Source: Promethearchaeota archaeon (GTDB lineage Archaea > Asgardarchaeota > Lokiarchaeia > Sigyniarchaeales > SOKP01). Taken from it: DNA of 64,000 nucleotides. This document shows positions 50,901 through 59,545 of the stretch, piece by piece. Every line of letters begins with the position of its first letter. Position 1 is the stretch's first letter. Below the pieces are notes generated by a model, which searched no databases, had not been told where the DNA came from, and was given only the letters and a program-made list of their open reading frames with translations. The DNA lies in contig JBHLLT010000004.1 in assembly GCA_048938855.1 (NCBI GenBank), forward strand, positions 96,001 to 160,000. The letters run 5' to 3'. Position numbers and translations under genes: made by a program.

Positions 50901-51820
50901 ATGATAAAATAGTGAAGTTAATGGAACAACAGGGATACGATATAAAATTTACAGAGAGAAGAATATTAGAACAAGCAAAAAAAATGCTTTTTGAGATAGA
51001 TCTAGGACACTATATTATTTATTTGGATGAGGTTATCAAATTTTTAGATGAGATTCAAACAATTGACCAGATTGGAAATCTCTATAAGCATAAGCTAAGA
51101 TCTCAATTAAAAGAGATAATTTATCCTAAAGCATCCCAAAAAACTAGTAAAAAAGAACACATTAAAAGAATTAGAGATGATCTATTAAACATTTTAATCA
51201 AACACGGATATTTAGTAGAAGACCATCCAAGAAGAGCGAGTGGTTCAGAAACTTTAAGAACTTCTTATTCTATAGGAGATAGATATCAAGAAGCATTAAA
51301 TGATTATTATAAAACAAAAGGACATACGCAAACAGATGTGAATATTGAAATATTAGAAAAATCTACAGAAAAATCAAATTTAGATAATATATTTCAAGAA
51401 AAAACTCGAAAATATATTGTTCAACAAAAAAATTTAAAAGATGCCTTAATGCGCGAGTTTTCTGATTTTAATTATGATTTATTTAAAATTTATAGTTATA
51501 TTAACCGAGGAAATTATAAAGGTGCTTTAAAAATAGAGCAAGGTTTAATTAATAGATTTTTAAATAATGTAATTTCACATTATTATAATATAGAAAGTCC
51601 TATATCTCATGATACATTAGAGAGGTTCCTAACTCTATTAGGAAGTATTGCAGATTTTCCTTTAACAAGACAAGAACTCTTAGGTTATATAGAACATTAC
51701 CAAGTAATAGATTTAAAAAATAGCAATTTAGAAGTTTTGGCTAGAGAAATTTATCAATTTATATATAATTTCTTTGATGAAATTCAGTACTATATATTTG
51801 AGGGGAAAAATAATAACTAG
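47987..51820 (+). CDS. membrane-bound VirB4/HerA-like protein with degenerate Walker motifs
   Basis: Two TM hairpins, then ITIG...LLIVNGKSETRD, LIFDFTGNW, IIIDLS, FIIIPSID, LILSANQ in HerA/VirB4 motif order. Confidence 0.7.
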   Translation: MTKDFSYESVSGITNFGKEDNRKKYMILEEKEEKKRYLRIWSTNPSFKDTNNKFSLVKTAFLLILSLFIIISMYILNQQLIISIITGLLCGVLFIIVFYDEIYTLKYLIPFVFKNTVSFNPFENIVFWLNKKDSATLYLSNRRDTVHMAIRIFQITVIPENIHSAIHQFIKALSSKNLRLSYSYQVIQKPIISTLQENMSKETAISSLESREAKIYFSIFYNSIGLLTNHKLDQIQYFIKKHSVDLKSNLVSNFHHFKVKILTGNSLVNALRTFFIQEKSDQDNFESKKETLKEFKPRFLAKFLMWITLIVYFDFVFFSMELFVLYIIFINLGLITILVLIWWRSILFQYTKSKLLQDDDILIINPFKNVFFYHFRQFPYTLFVHINNQILIGMKMVNLKYIYQTPFCLLSKFIESLNNHKISFSYTLKNQPIDYYEFYKKGLKYINEKHKSLILWRDDTKIKDAIQAEHWLSYRYGMWYSMLTMTINSYRFSNSLDNGIISEMEDELTIKIDALRGAFNINFQGYEIEDLKAHNLISGYMFSTLKNNLFQLIGSHLNYVMLQGTSMYPLSTIVDILKKGTKTKIAAEFNTPLYLENHITIGHTINTEVLEPEIPVGFTLDQLKNLLIVNGKSETRDTISMKIVLELIESKVPSLIFDFTGNWSKLYSYFEDSTFKKDILHFKYGSAFIIDPTKSDIPYDPHNTDYLEFVFDAFGLAFKKGERTIEMFRNTLQKNPDMDLGSIRMALQNQSEWEKSPINDTLLSLFSDFTQDDLSFFQVIQKDSIVANQFIQNSKTIIIDLSFLRELNKKIFLTFIILAKIIHYVKENRDFHEKFIIIPSIDIFFDSYFLELKRNYDKVDLFLKPLLENNFGLILSANQIHYLHTNFLLYFNNIISLKATDVRDVSILRNLMNLQEIEGIGYYTKSRNQTYQIGYLKNMKDNEVLIRREDIDQPFPAYIEWKEISEKNPLSYDKIVKLMEQQGYDIKFTERRILEQAKKMLFEIDLGHYIIYLDEVIKFLDEIQTIDQIGNLYKHKLRSQLKEIIYPKASQKTSKKEHIKRIRDDLLNILIKHGYLVEDHPRRASGSETLRTSYSIGDRYQEALNDYYKTKGHTQTDVNIEILEKSTEKSNLDNIFQEKTRKYIVQQKNLKDALMREFSDFNYDLFKIYSYINRGNYKGALKIEQGLINRFLNNVISHYYNIESPISHDTLERFLTLLGSIADFPLTRQELLGYIEHYQVIDLKNSNLEVLAREIYQFIYNFFDEIQYYIFEGKNNN

Positions 51821-52172
51821 TGACCAGAGAAAAGAATTTCTTTATGAAATGTTAGAAAAGATTGTTTTTAATGAAGCTCAATTAACAATCTTGAAAAATG
51901 GAATTGAAAAGGTAGCAAATGGTTATCTTACTCCAAAAGATTTAAGAAAACAAATTATAGAACTAAGAGTGAAACTCATTGAAGACTTGATAGAGTTTTT
52001 CCCATTTTACCTTAAACAGAACTTAATTGAAAATAAGTTATTAAATTTTACTGATTCAAATGAATCATCATTAATATCAGCAGAATTAGAGGAGAGAAAT
52101 AATTTACTTGAAGAAGTTGGATGTCGAATAAATAATATCTATAGAAAATTAAAAGAAAAATACAATGTATAA
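51774..52172 (+). CDS. hypothetical helical protein
   Basis: Last gene of the operon; true start may be ATA near 51810 after GAGGGG. Confidence 0.6.
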   Translation: MMKFSTIYLRGKIITSDQRKEFLYEMLEKIVFNEAQLTILKNGIEKVANGYLTPKDLRKQIIELRVKLIEDLIEFFPFYLKQNLIENKLLNFTDSNESSLISAELEERNNLLEEVGCRINNIYRKLKEKYNV

Positions 52173-52298
52173 AAAATATATTTAAAGGAAAAAAGATCCG
52201 TAATTCTATTTCTTTTTTATTTAAAAGTACTTGCCAAAATTTTAGTTAAATAATATTGAAACTCTATATTTGACTGAAAAAAGAGAAAACAAAATCAT

Positions 52299-53642
52299 AT
52301 GATCTCAGGAGAATTAATTTCAAATTCAGTAATATCTCTTAATGAATTATTTCCTAATTTCACAAATCAATTCATTATACCATTTGAAAAGGTAGTAGAA
52401 CTAGATATCCATAATGGGATGCATCTAAATTTTAAACTATGTGACAGAGATCAAAAAAACAAAGTACCTCCTATTTTACGCTTAGCTAACATAGAAGATG
52501 CAGAGGAAATTGTTGGGATTTACAAGGAATTATATAATTGTACATATCCATACAAAGAAATGGAAGATATTAATGAAGTCCAAAAGATGATACAAAATCC
52601 ATCATTTAAATGGATAATTTATCAAGACGCTTCTTTTAAAATTGCAGGTTGTATAACTTTTGTCTTAGATTTTAACAATAGAAGAGGTTACATTCGGGGA
52701 TTTATGCTTAAAAAGGAATATCAAGGATATATTGATATAACAAAAGCGATGATCGGCTCGATGTTATGCATGATCCATAGTTTTAAAGATCGAATATTTA
52801 ATTGGTATGTAGAAAACAGAACTGCTCATGCAAAATCCCAATATTCAATGTATGTATGTGGAATTGCCCCGATAGGATTTTATCCAAATAAAGATATTTT
52901 TGAGGGAAAAGTCGAATCTGATTTAATGCAAATTTTGTATGATGAGAAAGCATTGCGTCAGTATAGATCTCCAAAAATACCTACATTAATTCATGCTGTT
53001 GAGGGATGTTATTTATTTTCTCATAAACGGTATAATTTAGGTAACTATAAAATAAAATCCCCCAAAATCGTTCTTGATTACAAAAAAATAAAAGAATTAA
53101 AAACCAATTTAAAAAGAAATATACAAAAAGATGATTTTGGGTATGAAACTATATTATTTTCATTTAAAAAAGCAAATTCTTATTTTCAATTTTTGTACAC
53201 GCCTACAGTTTCAAATTTTGAAAAAACTATCTATGAAGTTTCATCCTTAGAAGAATTATTTGTATTTGCCCAAGAATTTATGAGATGGAAAAAAAAATTA
53301 AGGGCTCGCTATTGTGAAATATTTGTTTCAGCCTATCAACCTGAACATCAACAAATTTTTTATGACGCAGGATTGTCTCCTCGAGGATATATTCCCAGCT
53401 GGATTTTTAATAATGAAGATCATGTGTTCGAGGATTTTATTCTTTTTAATTGCCATGATGGACAAATTGGAGACAATATAGAGTTAATCCAAGAAGGGTG
53501 GGATCTACTTGATGTCTTTCATATTAAGAGCTCACAATCATTAGTAAATAGGGAAATGAAATCAATTAATTCTAACTGTAAAAAGATATTAGAGCTAAAA
53601 AGGAAAAAAACACACGTGGGTCTTAATTTAGGGGAATTCTAA
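52299..53642 (+). CDS. GNAT-fold protein (probably tandem domains)
   Basis: LRLANIEDAEEIVGIY...YPY, KEYQG, GFYP and GYIP motifs. Confidence 0.65.
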   Translation: MISGELISNSVISLNELFPNFTNQFIIPFEKVVELDIHNGMHLNFKLCDRDQKNKVPPILRLANIEDAEEIVGIYKELYNCTYPYKEMEDINEVQKMIQNPSFKWIIYQDASFKIAGCITFVLDFNNRRGYIRGFMLKKEYQGYIDITKAMIGSMLCMIHSFKDRIFNWYVENRTAHAKSQYSMYVCGIAPIGFYPNKDIFEGKVESDLMQILYDEKALRQYRSPKIPTLIHAVEGCYLFSHKRYNLGNYKIKSPKIVLDYKKIKELKTNLKRNIQKDDFGYETILFSFKKANSYFQFLYTPTVSNFEKTIYEVSSLEELFVFAQEFMRWKKKLRARYCEIFVSAYQPEHQQIFYDAGLSPRGYIPSWIFNNEDHVFEDFILFNCHDGQIGDNIELIQEGWDLLDVFHIKSSQSLVNREMKSINSNCKKILELKRKKTHVGLNLGEF

Positions 53643-53662
53643 GAAATTTTTGTTTTTTTTTA

Positions 53663-54481
53663 TTATTTCTTGTATAAACCTAAGAATATTATTATAAACA
53701 CAAATATGTCTACTGATTCAACTATTATGATATACATTGCTACTTCACCTAAAATATTCTGTATAATTGGTCTTAATATATTTGAAATCAAATATAAAAA
53801 GAATCCAAGTGTTAAAACGCCTGGTTTAACAATAGTAAGACGCCTTAATCTGTAAGCTAAGAAAAAGATATACACAATTCCAATTAATGATGGAATAACA
53901 ATAGCAGGTAAAATCATACCCATAATTGTATTATTTGGAGCTATAAGAATTGCAACAGATTCAATACATATAATAATCAGTATAAGAGTAACTCGCAATT
54001 TATTCATATATTCTTTATTTTTCAATTTTTGATATCTATCTTCTAGTCTAAAAAAGATAATTTCGAAGCCCAGGTAAATTAAGGGGGCTACTTCAAATAT
54101 TATGGTAAAAAATCTGAATTTAAGGAACAATAAAACAATATCATCACTAAATGTAAAAAAAGTAAGATCCCAAAGTAAATCAATTACTTTTCCAAAAATT
54201 AGAATAAGGAAGAACAAACCTAATAGGAAGGGGATATCTGATAAATATTGTGCTTCTTGTTTAAACCATTTATTAAATAAATAAACAGTTGTGATAATTA
54301 AGATTATTATTCTAACGGATATTACTAACAGGACCTCAAATGCGCCTTCATAGATTTGAAAGGCTTGAATAATAAGTGGCCAGTTAAGAAGATATAGAAC
54401 ACCAATACTAATAATAGCTAAAATAATGCATACAAGTAATAGTAATTTATAACGTCCTTTTTTTGATAATTCCATATTCAT
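53663..54481 (-). CDS. multi-pass membrane protein
   Basis: About 8 hydrophobic segments. Confidence 0.75.
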   Translation of the reverse strand: MNMELSKKGRYKLLLLVCIILAIISIGVLYLLNWPLIIQAFQIYEGAFEVLLVISVRIIILIITTVYLFNKWFKQEAQYLSDIPFLLGLFFLILIFGKVIDLLWDLTFFTFSDDIVLLFLKFRFFTIIFEVAPLIYLGFEIIFFRLEDRYQKLKNKEYMNKLRVTLILIIICIESVAILIAPNNTIMGMILPAIVIPSLIGIVYIFFLAYRLRRLTIVKPGVLTLGFFLYLISNILRPIIQNILGEVAMYIIIVESVDIFVFIIIFLGLYKK

Positions 54482-54524
54482 TGATATAAATTAGTCTTTT
54501 TAAATTGAACTAAAATAAATATAC

Positions 54525-55661
54525 CTATTTTTCAAATAAATGTATTATCGATTCTATTTGCCTTTTATTTGGATCTTGTTCAATTTGGGTATGGATTAGT
54601 TCCATAAGTTTAGATTGCGAGATACTAATACATTCTAAAAAATCACTTACTTCTTTTTCTTTAAATTTATTCTTAAGGATAAGTGGAACTACAATCCTAA
54701 GTGTTCTCAGCCACTTTTTCCTTTCTTGAGGATTTTGGCGTACTAGTTCTGCATATTGATATGCATACAGAATTCCTCCATATCTATGTAAATCATAAAA
54801 TGTAGCTGCATGTACTACGTTACAATTCGTTAAAAGTGGATCCGCATGGCCTTTTTTGATGTAATTTTTAGATTCAACAAGATTGACAATCTTTTGTTCT
54901 CTATACGGTATTACGTGATATGGTAAAAGGACTCTAGGTAGGTTTTCAATTTTTAATTCCTCATCATTCAAGTAGCATTCTGAATCAGACTGATCAAAGA
55001 AAAGATTATTAAATAATATCATAGGTTTCCACACGTGAATTATTTCATTTCTTGGTATTTCATAATAATATCGAAAAATTTGATCAGGAGAATATCCAAA
55101 TAAAACATAAGGAATATCTTTTTTTATCGCTTGTTTTACCACAATACTGTGGATTAGATCGGAACAAGAGTCACATATAACTCTCGTTAAAAAAGTATCA
55201 TTTGATTTATGATTGTAAAAATGCCATTTATAGAGCTTAGTAAATGTAGGTATGCAATCTTCTATAAGTAAATGATCTACATTAATCTTTGCTAATGTAT
55301 CTTTCATATTTTGCTTCGCAATTTGAGTCATGAAGCCCGTATCAGAAGTTACTGCTAAGGGGTTTAAACCTAAATTATTTACAAGATAGTCTAACAGAGC
55401 CGTAGAATCTTTTCCTCCAGAATATCCTAAGATACAATCATATTGAACATTTCCATGGTTTTTTTGCATATTTTTAACAATCCGATTCCAATCTATAAGA
55501 GCTTTTTCTCTTATTTTAGAATCAATTTTAGTTCGTGACCAGTTGATATTTTTATGTTCATGATCAGAGCAAAAATCACACAACCCTTCTGAATTTAAAT
55601 GAACTCCTAAGAATCCATCTGGTAATATGCATTTTCTACAAATGTTTTGTTGCTCTAACAT
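54525..55661 (-). CDS. PP-loop ATPase, N-acetyl-sugar amidotransferase-like
   Basis: CRKCILP...GLCDFC, YDCILGYSGGKDS, CDSC. Confidence 0.8.
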   Translation of the reverse strand: MLEQQNICRKCILPDGFLGVHLNSEGLCDFCSDHEHKNINWSRTKIDSKIREKALIDWNRIVKNMQKNHGNVQYDCILGYSGGKDSTALLDYLVNNLGLNPLAVTSDTGFMTQIAKQNMKDTLAKINVDHLLIEDCIPTFTKLYKWHFYNHKSNDTFLTRVICDSCSDLIHSIVVKQAIKKDIPYVLFGYSPDQIFRYYYEIPRNEIIHVWKPMILFNNLFFDQSDSECYLNDEELKIENLPRVLLPYHVIPYREQKIVNLVESKNYIKKGHADPLLTNCNVVHAATFYDLHRYGGILYAYQYAELVRQNPQERKKWLRTLRIVVPLILKNKFKEKEVSDFLECISISQSKLMELIHTQIEQDPNKRQIESIIHLFEK

Positions 55662-55695
55662 ATAAACACCTTTTATAAACTACATAATTCTGTTC

Positions 55696-55805
55696 TATTT
55701 AAAGGAAAAATAAATATAAGCTGTAAAAAAGAAGGCAAATTTTGATACTAAAAATTCAGCTAAGTTTCAAGAAAATTTGATAAAAAGAATTTTTTTCTTT
55801 AAATA
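55696..55805. promoter_or_regulatory. divergent pair of block-specific promoters
   Basis: Motif at 55696-55710 (-) and 55790-55805 (+). Confidence 0.7.
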
Positions 55806-55856
55806 AAAATACCATAGATATACATCAAAGTTTCACAATATAATAGCAAGATTACA

Positions 55857-57014
55857 ATGGTTCAAGTATTAGAAAAAATAGACTTTCACAAATTAGAAAT
55901 AAAAGAATCGTATGATCTGGGAGAAATAAAAGAAGTTTTAGAGTCCAAGCTATTTGTCCCTAATATTGATATAAAATCTAAAATAATTAGTGAACTTCTT
56001 TTATATTTGGATTTAAAATTTTCCGAGCCTGCATATAAGATAAAATTTTTTGTTGCGTATGGAGATTCAGAAGTACATGGATTTGTAATTAGTCAAATTG
56101 ATCCGTATTATACGAGTTATAGCCGTAAATGTGGTACATTCGGATGGCTTCATGCGGACACGTTTGAAGTATGCAAGAAATTGATATATCAATGTGAAAG
56201 TTTCATAAAGGAAAATAGAATAAGAAAATTAAGAGGAAATATAAATTTTCCAAAGAATTTAGGGGGAATTGGATTTCAATTCAAAGGATTTCATGAAAAA
56301 ATGTTGTATGGAGTCGCATATAATAATCCTTCTTTAAAAATTTTTGAGTATTTAGATGCTTTAGGATATCAGAGAGAATCAGAATATTCATGTGTACATG
56401 TTACACAAAAAAGATGGAATAAAGGGAGAAAAATTGATAAAAATATTGAATTCAGATATGTTACGATAAAAGAGATTTATGAGTATATGGATTCAATACG
56501 TAAGCTTGCCAAAAATTCCTTTCATGAAATTTTGCCTGATGCTTCAGGAAGTAATAGAGTAACTGAATTTTTTGAAGCATTTAAAAAGATTCCAAAATCA
56601 TTCCATAAAATAAAATCTGATATCAAATCTAATTTTAAATCTTATATCCCTCAATTTATAGAAGCTTGGGAGACATGTAATCTTGAAAAAATAGAACCAT
56701 TTGCTCCAATGGCTTTTGATAAAAGTAGTGGTGAACTAATAGGCATATTATTAGGATTACCGGATATATTTGAAACATGGACAGAAAAACCTATTACAAG
56801 ATGCAATGTAGATACTGCAATGGTAAAGCAAGGGTATTTTGGGAAAGGGATTTTTTCAGCTCTTAATAATATCGGTCAACTAACATGTAACCTATTTGGT
56901 GTTAATTATTTTGAAGGAACAGGCATTTGGTCGAATAATTCACGTGCCATTGATACGATCTTTCCACATTGTAAACCAATTAGGAAACATTATGTCTTTC
57001 AAAGACGTATTTAA
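55857..57014 (+). CDS. GNAT-fold protein (YghO-like)
   Basis: GTFGW, LRGNINF, YNNP, GLPD and YFGKGIFSAL motifs. Confidence 0.65.
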   Translation: MVQVLEKIDFHKLEIKESYDLGEIKEVLESKLFVPNIDIKSKIISELLLYLDLKFSEPAYKIKFFVAYGDSEVHGFVISQIDPYYTSYSRKCGTFGWLHADTFEVCKKLIYQCESFIKENRIRKLRGNINFPKNLGGIGFQFKGFHEKMLYGVAYNNPSLKIFEYLDALGYQRESEYSCVHVTQKRWNKGRKIDKNIEFRYVTIKEIYEYMDSIRKLAKNSFHEILPDASGSNRVTEFFEAFKKIPKSFHKIKSDIKSNFKSYIPQFIEAWETCNLEKIEPFAPMAFDKSSGELIGILLGLPDIFETWTEKPITRCNVDTAMVKQGYFGKGIFSALNNIGQLTCNLFGVNYFEGTGIWSNNSRAIDTIFPHCKPIRKHYVFQRRI

Positions 57015-57040
57015 ATCTTCTTAATAATTAAGTAATACTT

Positions 57041-58147
57041 TTAGATGAAAGGAAATTGGTATTTATCTAGTCCAAGTTCATCTCTCATTACTTTAATGTC
57101 ATTCTGTAAGCTTTTGTTTAAAGGAATCCCTTTCTTATTTCTTTCAATTCCAGCAATATATTCTTTTTCTCCGGCTGTATAAATTCTCTCAAAATTAGGA
57201 ATCTTTCTTGATCCTCTTAATCCCCGCATTATATTCCCTGCTGTTTTTTTAAACGAATCTGATCCAATAAAACTCTCAGGATTAATAACCAAGAAAAAAT
57301 GGCCAACTTTTAATCTCTTTTGACCATTTTCTTCTATTCCTAACGTATCTCTTAAGTAGATACCTCCCTGCAAAGCAGCAGATAGAATTTCTACAACTGT
57401 TGCATATCCATAGCCTTTATAACCAGCTGTATCTTCACCTTTACCTCCTAATGGTAGTAAAGCAGCTTTTCTCTCTAGCATTTTTTCTAATACTTTATTT
57501 GGGTCAGTCATAGTCTCACCTTGATCATCAATCACAGTGTTTTCTGGGAGTGGTTTATTGATTCGAGAATTAACCTCAACCTTACCTCTTTGAATTATAG
57601 ATGTGGCGCAATCAAGAACAAACGGAAATTCCTCATCAGTAGGTGCTCCAACAGTTAAGGGATTTGTACCTAACATTGGTTCGCACCCAAACGTTGGTGG
57701 AATAGATGGTCTCGCATTAGTAACAGTTATCCCGATCATCCCCTCTTTTATAGCCATTAGAGAATAATATCCTGCAATGCCAAAATGAGTTGAGTTTCTT
57801 ACCGCAACTGCACCTAATCCATATTTTTTTGCTTTTTCAATTGCCATTTTCATAGCTTTATAGGCAATCACATGCCCCATACCGCAATTTCCATCCAATA
57901 ATGCTGTAGAGGGACCCTCTTTTATAATATCAATCTTGGTTTTTGATTCATAAACCCCTTGTTTTATTCTATCATAATACATCTTACATCTCTGAATACC
58001 ATGAGACTCTATACCTCTTAAATCTGAAGTAATCAAAACATCTGCAATAATTTCAGCATCTTCTTTTGGAACACCTAATCCTATGAAAACATCTCTCATG
58101 AAACTTTCAAGGATTTTAGAATCTATAAGTACAATATTATCTGACAT
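57041..58147 (-). CDS. Ldh_2 family oxidoreductase, copy 2
   Basis: Same motifs as 10782-11933 with long identical peptide blocks. Confidence 0.92.
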   Translation of the reverse strand: MSDNIVLIDSKILESFMRDVFIGLGVPKEDAEIIADVLITSDLRGIESHGIQRCKMYYDRIKQGVYESKTKIDIIKEGPSTALLDGNCGMGHVIAYKAMKMAIEKAKKYGLGAVAVRNSTHFGIAGYYSLMAIKEGMIGITVTNARPSIPPTFGCEPMLGTNPLTVGAPTDEEFPFVLDCATSIIQRGKVEVNSRINKPLPENTVIDDQGETMTDPNKVLEKMLERKAALLPLGGKGEDTAGYKGYGYATVVEILSAALQGGIYLRDTLGIEENGQKRLKVGHFFLVINPESFIGSDSFKKTAGNIMRGLRGSRKIPNFERIYTAGEKEYIAGIERNKKGIPLNKSLQNDIKVMRDELGLDKYQFPFI

Positions 58148-58344
58148 TTTAAACTAGCCAATTTATTTTAAAGTTTACTATGTGTTTAATTTGAATGTTT
58201 AATTTTTTTTTTACTTTTAGATTTAAAATAATTCTAGAGAATATGGTCTAGATATTATTCTTGTATTTATAGTACAAACTCTACTAAATTATGTGATATT
58301 GTATAATCAATTATAGGATAATTAAAAATAAAGCTTCGAGAGTC

Positions 58345-59199
58345 ATGAATAAAAAAGAAAAGCTAAAATGTCCATTATGCGGCAATAAATTCATTCCTAG
58401 AACATTTTACCCTGAGGAAGCTACTTTTTCTTCTGAGGGAAAATTATTATCAGGATTTAATGGGTATATAAGTTCTAGTGGAGTAAAACCAGCTGAAGTA
58501 ATTCTTGGTTCTTGGATTACTTATTGTCCGAATTGTAATTATATTATGAAGTTCGTTAAAGAAATTGTTAAGAAAGAAAAGATTCAATCTCAAACAGTTT
58601 CAGCCAAAGAAGTCAAAGAAAAATATAATAATTATTACTTCGGGTTTCAATTTGAGGATTATTCACAATATTTATCTGGTGTTTCTGAAAAAGTTAAAGC
58701 TAACATTAAAAAATCTCTTAAAGGTGTAGATCTTGACATATGGGAAAATATGTATGAAATTGAAGACACATTTAAGCTTTTAGTGAGGTTCTATGCGAAT
58801 CTAGAGAAATATTGTGATGCTCAACTTCCAGATGATAATGATAAGGATTTGCCAACTAAAATTAAACTGTTGAATTTAATACCCCAATTAGAAAATCTAT
58901 TGTTAGAATTGAATAAGATAAGAGAACAAACTATACAAGGAAACTATGAGCTATCTCCAGGTGATAAAGAAAATGTTAATACAGCGGTGGTGAATTTTAC
59001 TTTGAATTTAATTGAAAAACATATTAAACCGTTAGTTGATGGAAAGAAGCTAAGGGCACAATATAATTATGTCGATATTAAAGATCTTAATTCGGAAATT
59101 AAAGTCTTCCTTAGTGGATATCTTAATGGTTTATTCAATCATGGAAAGTCTGCTAATCATCAAGTAAAATCATTTTTAGATAATCTACTTATCAATTAA
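58345..59199 (+). CDS. zinc-ribbon protein with helical C-terminal domain
   Basis: CPLC...CPNC. Confidence 0.7.
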   Translation: MNKKEKLKCPLCGNKFIPRTFYPEEATFSSEGKLLSGFNGYISSSGVKPAEVILGSWITYCPNCNYIMKFVKEIVKKEKIQSQTVSAKEVKEKYNNYYFGFQFEDYSQYLSGVSEKVKANIKKSLKGVDLDIWENMYEIEDTFKLLVRFYANLEKYCDAQLPDDNDKDLPTKIKLLNLIPQLENLLLELNKIREQTIQGNYELSPGDKENVNTAVVNFTLNLIEKHIKPLVDGKKLRAQYNYVDIKDLNSEIKVFLSGYLNGLFNHGKSANHQVKSFLDNLLIN

Positions 59200-59292
59200 T
59201 ATCACTAAATTTTAGTTCCTTCTTTTATATTCTACGCCATATTATCACCATGCTATACGTTTTTTTGAATTCCCTTCACATAATTTAAATTC

Positions 59293-59457
59293 ATGATTTT
59301 GAATGATTTAAACACTAAAGTGAAAGGAAAGTTTTATAAAGAGATTATAATTGAGGATGATAGCGAAGATTTTGTTTATGTTTTTCCTGATACAAAAGAA
59401 TTTCTATCAATCATGAGAAGAAAAGAGATTAAAAAAGAGCTAATTTCGAAAAAGTAA
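59293..59457 (+). CDS. possible 54 aa protein (below ORF track cutoff)
   Basis: MILNDLNTKVKGKFYKEIIIEDDSEDFVYVFPDTKEFLSIMRRKEIKKELISKK. Confidence 0.35.
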   Translation: MILNDLNTKVKGKFYKEIIIEDDSEDFVYVFPDTKEFLSIMRRKEIKKELISKK

Positions 59458-59545
59458 TACAAGGTTTTATCTGTGAACAGGAAATACACAAAATCTTAAT
59501 TTTTTTGAAAATGTAAATTTTAAATTATACTATAAATTATAGAAT

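Noticed and set aside
12294-57014. The block as a provirus or integrative conjugative element
   Set aside because: No recognisable integrase, relaxase, capsid, primase/polymerase, tRNA attachment site or exact terminal repeats; composition looks like the flanks. Not fully excluded without searches.
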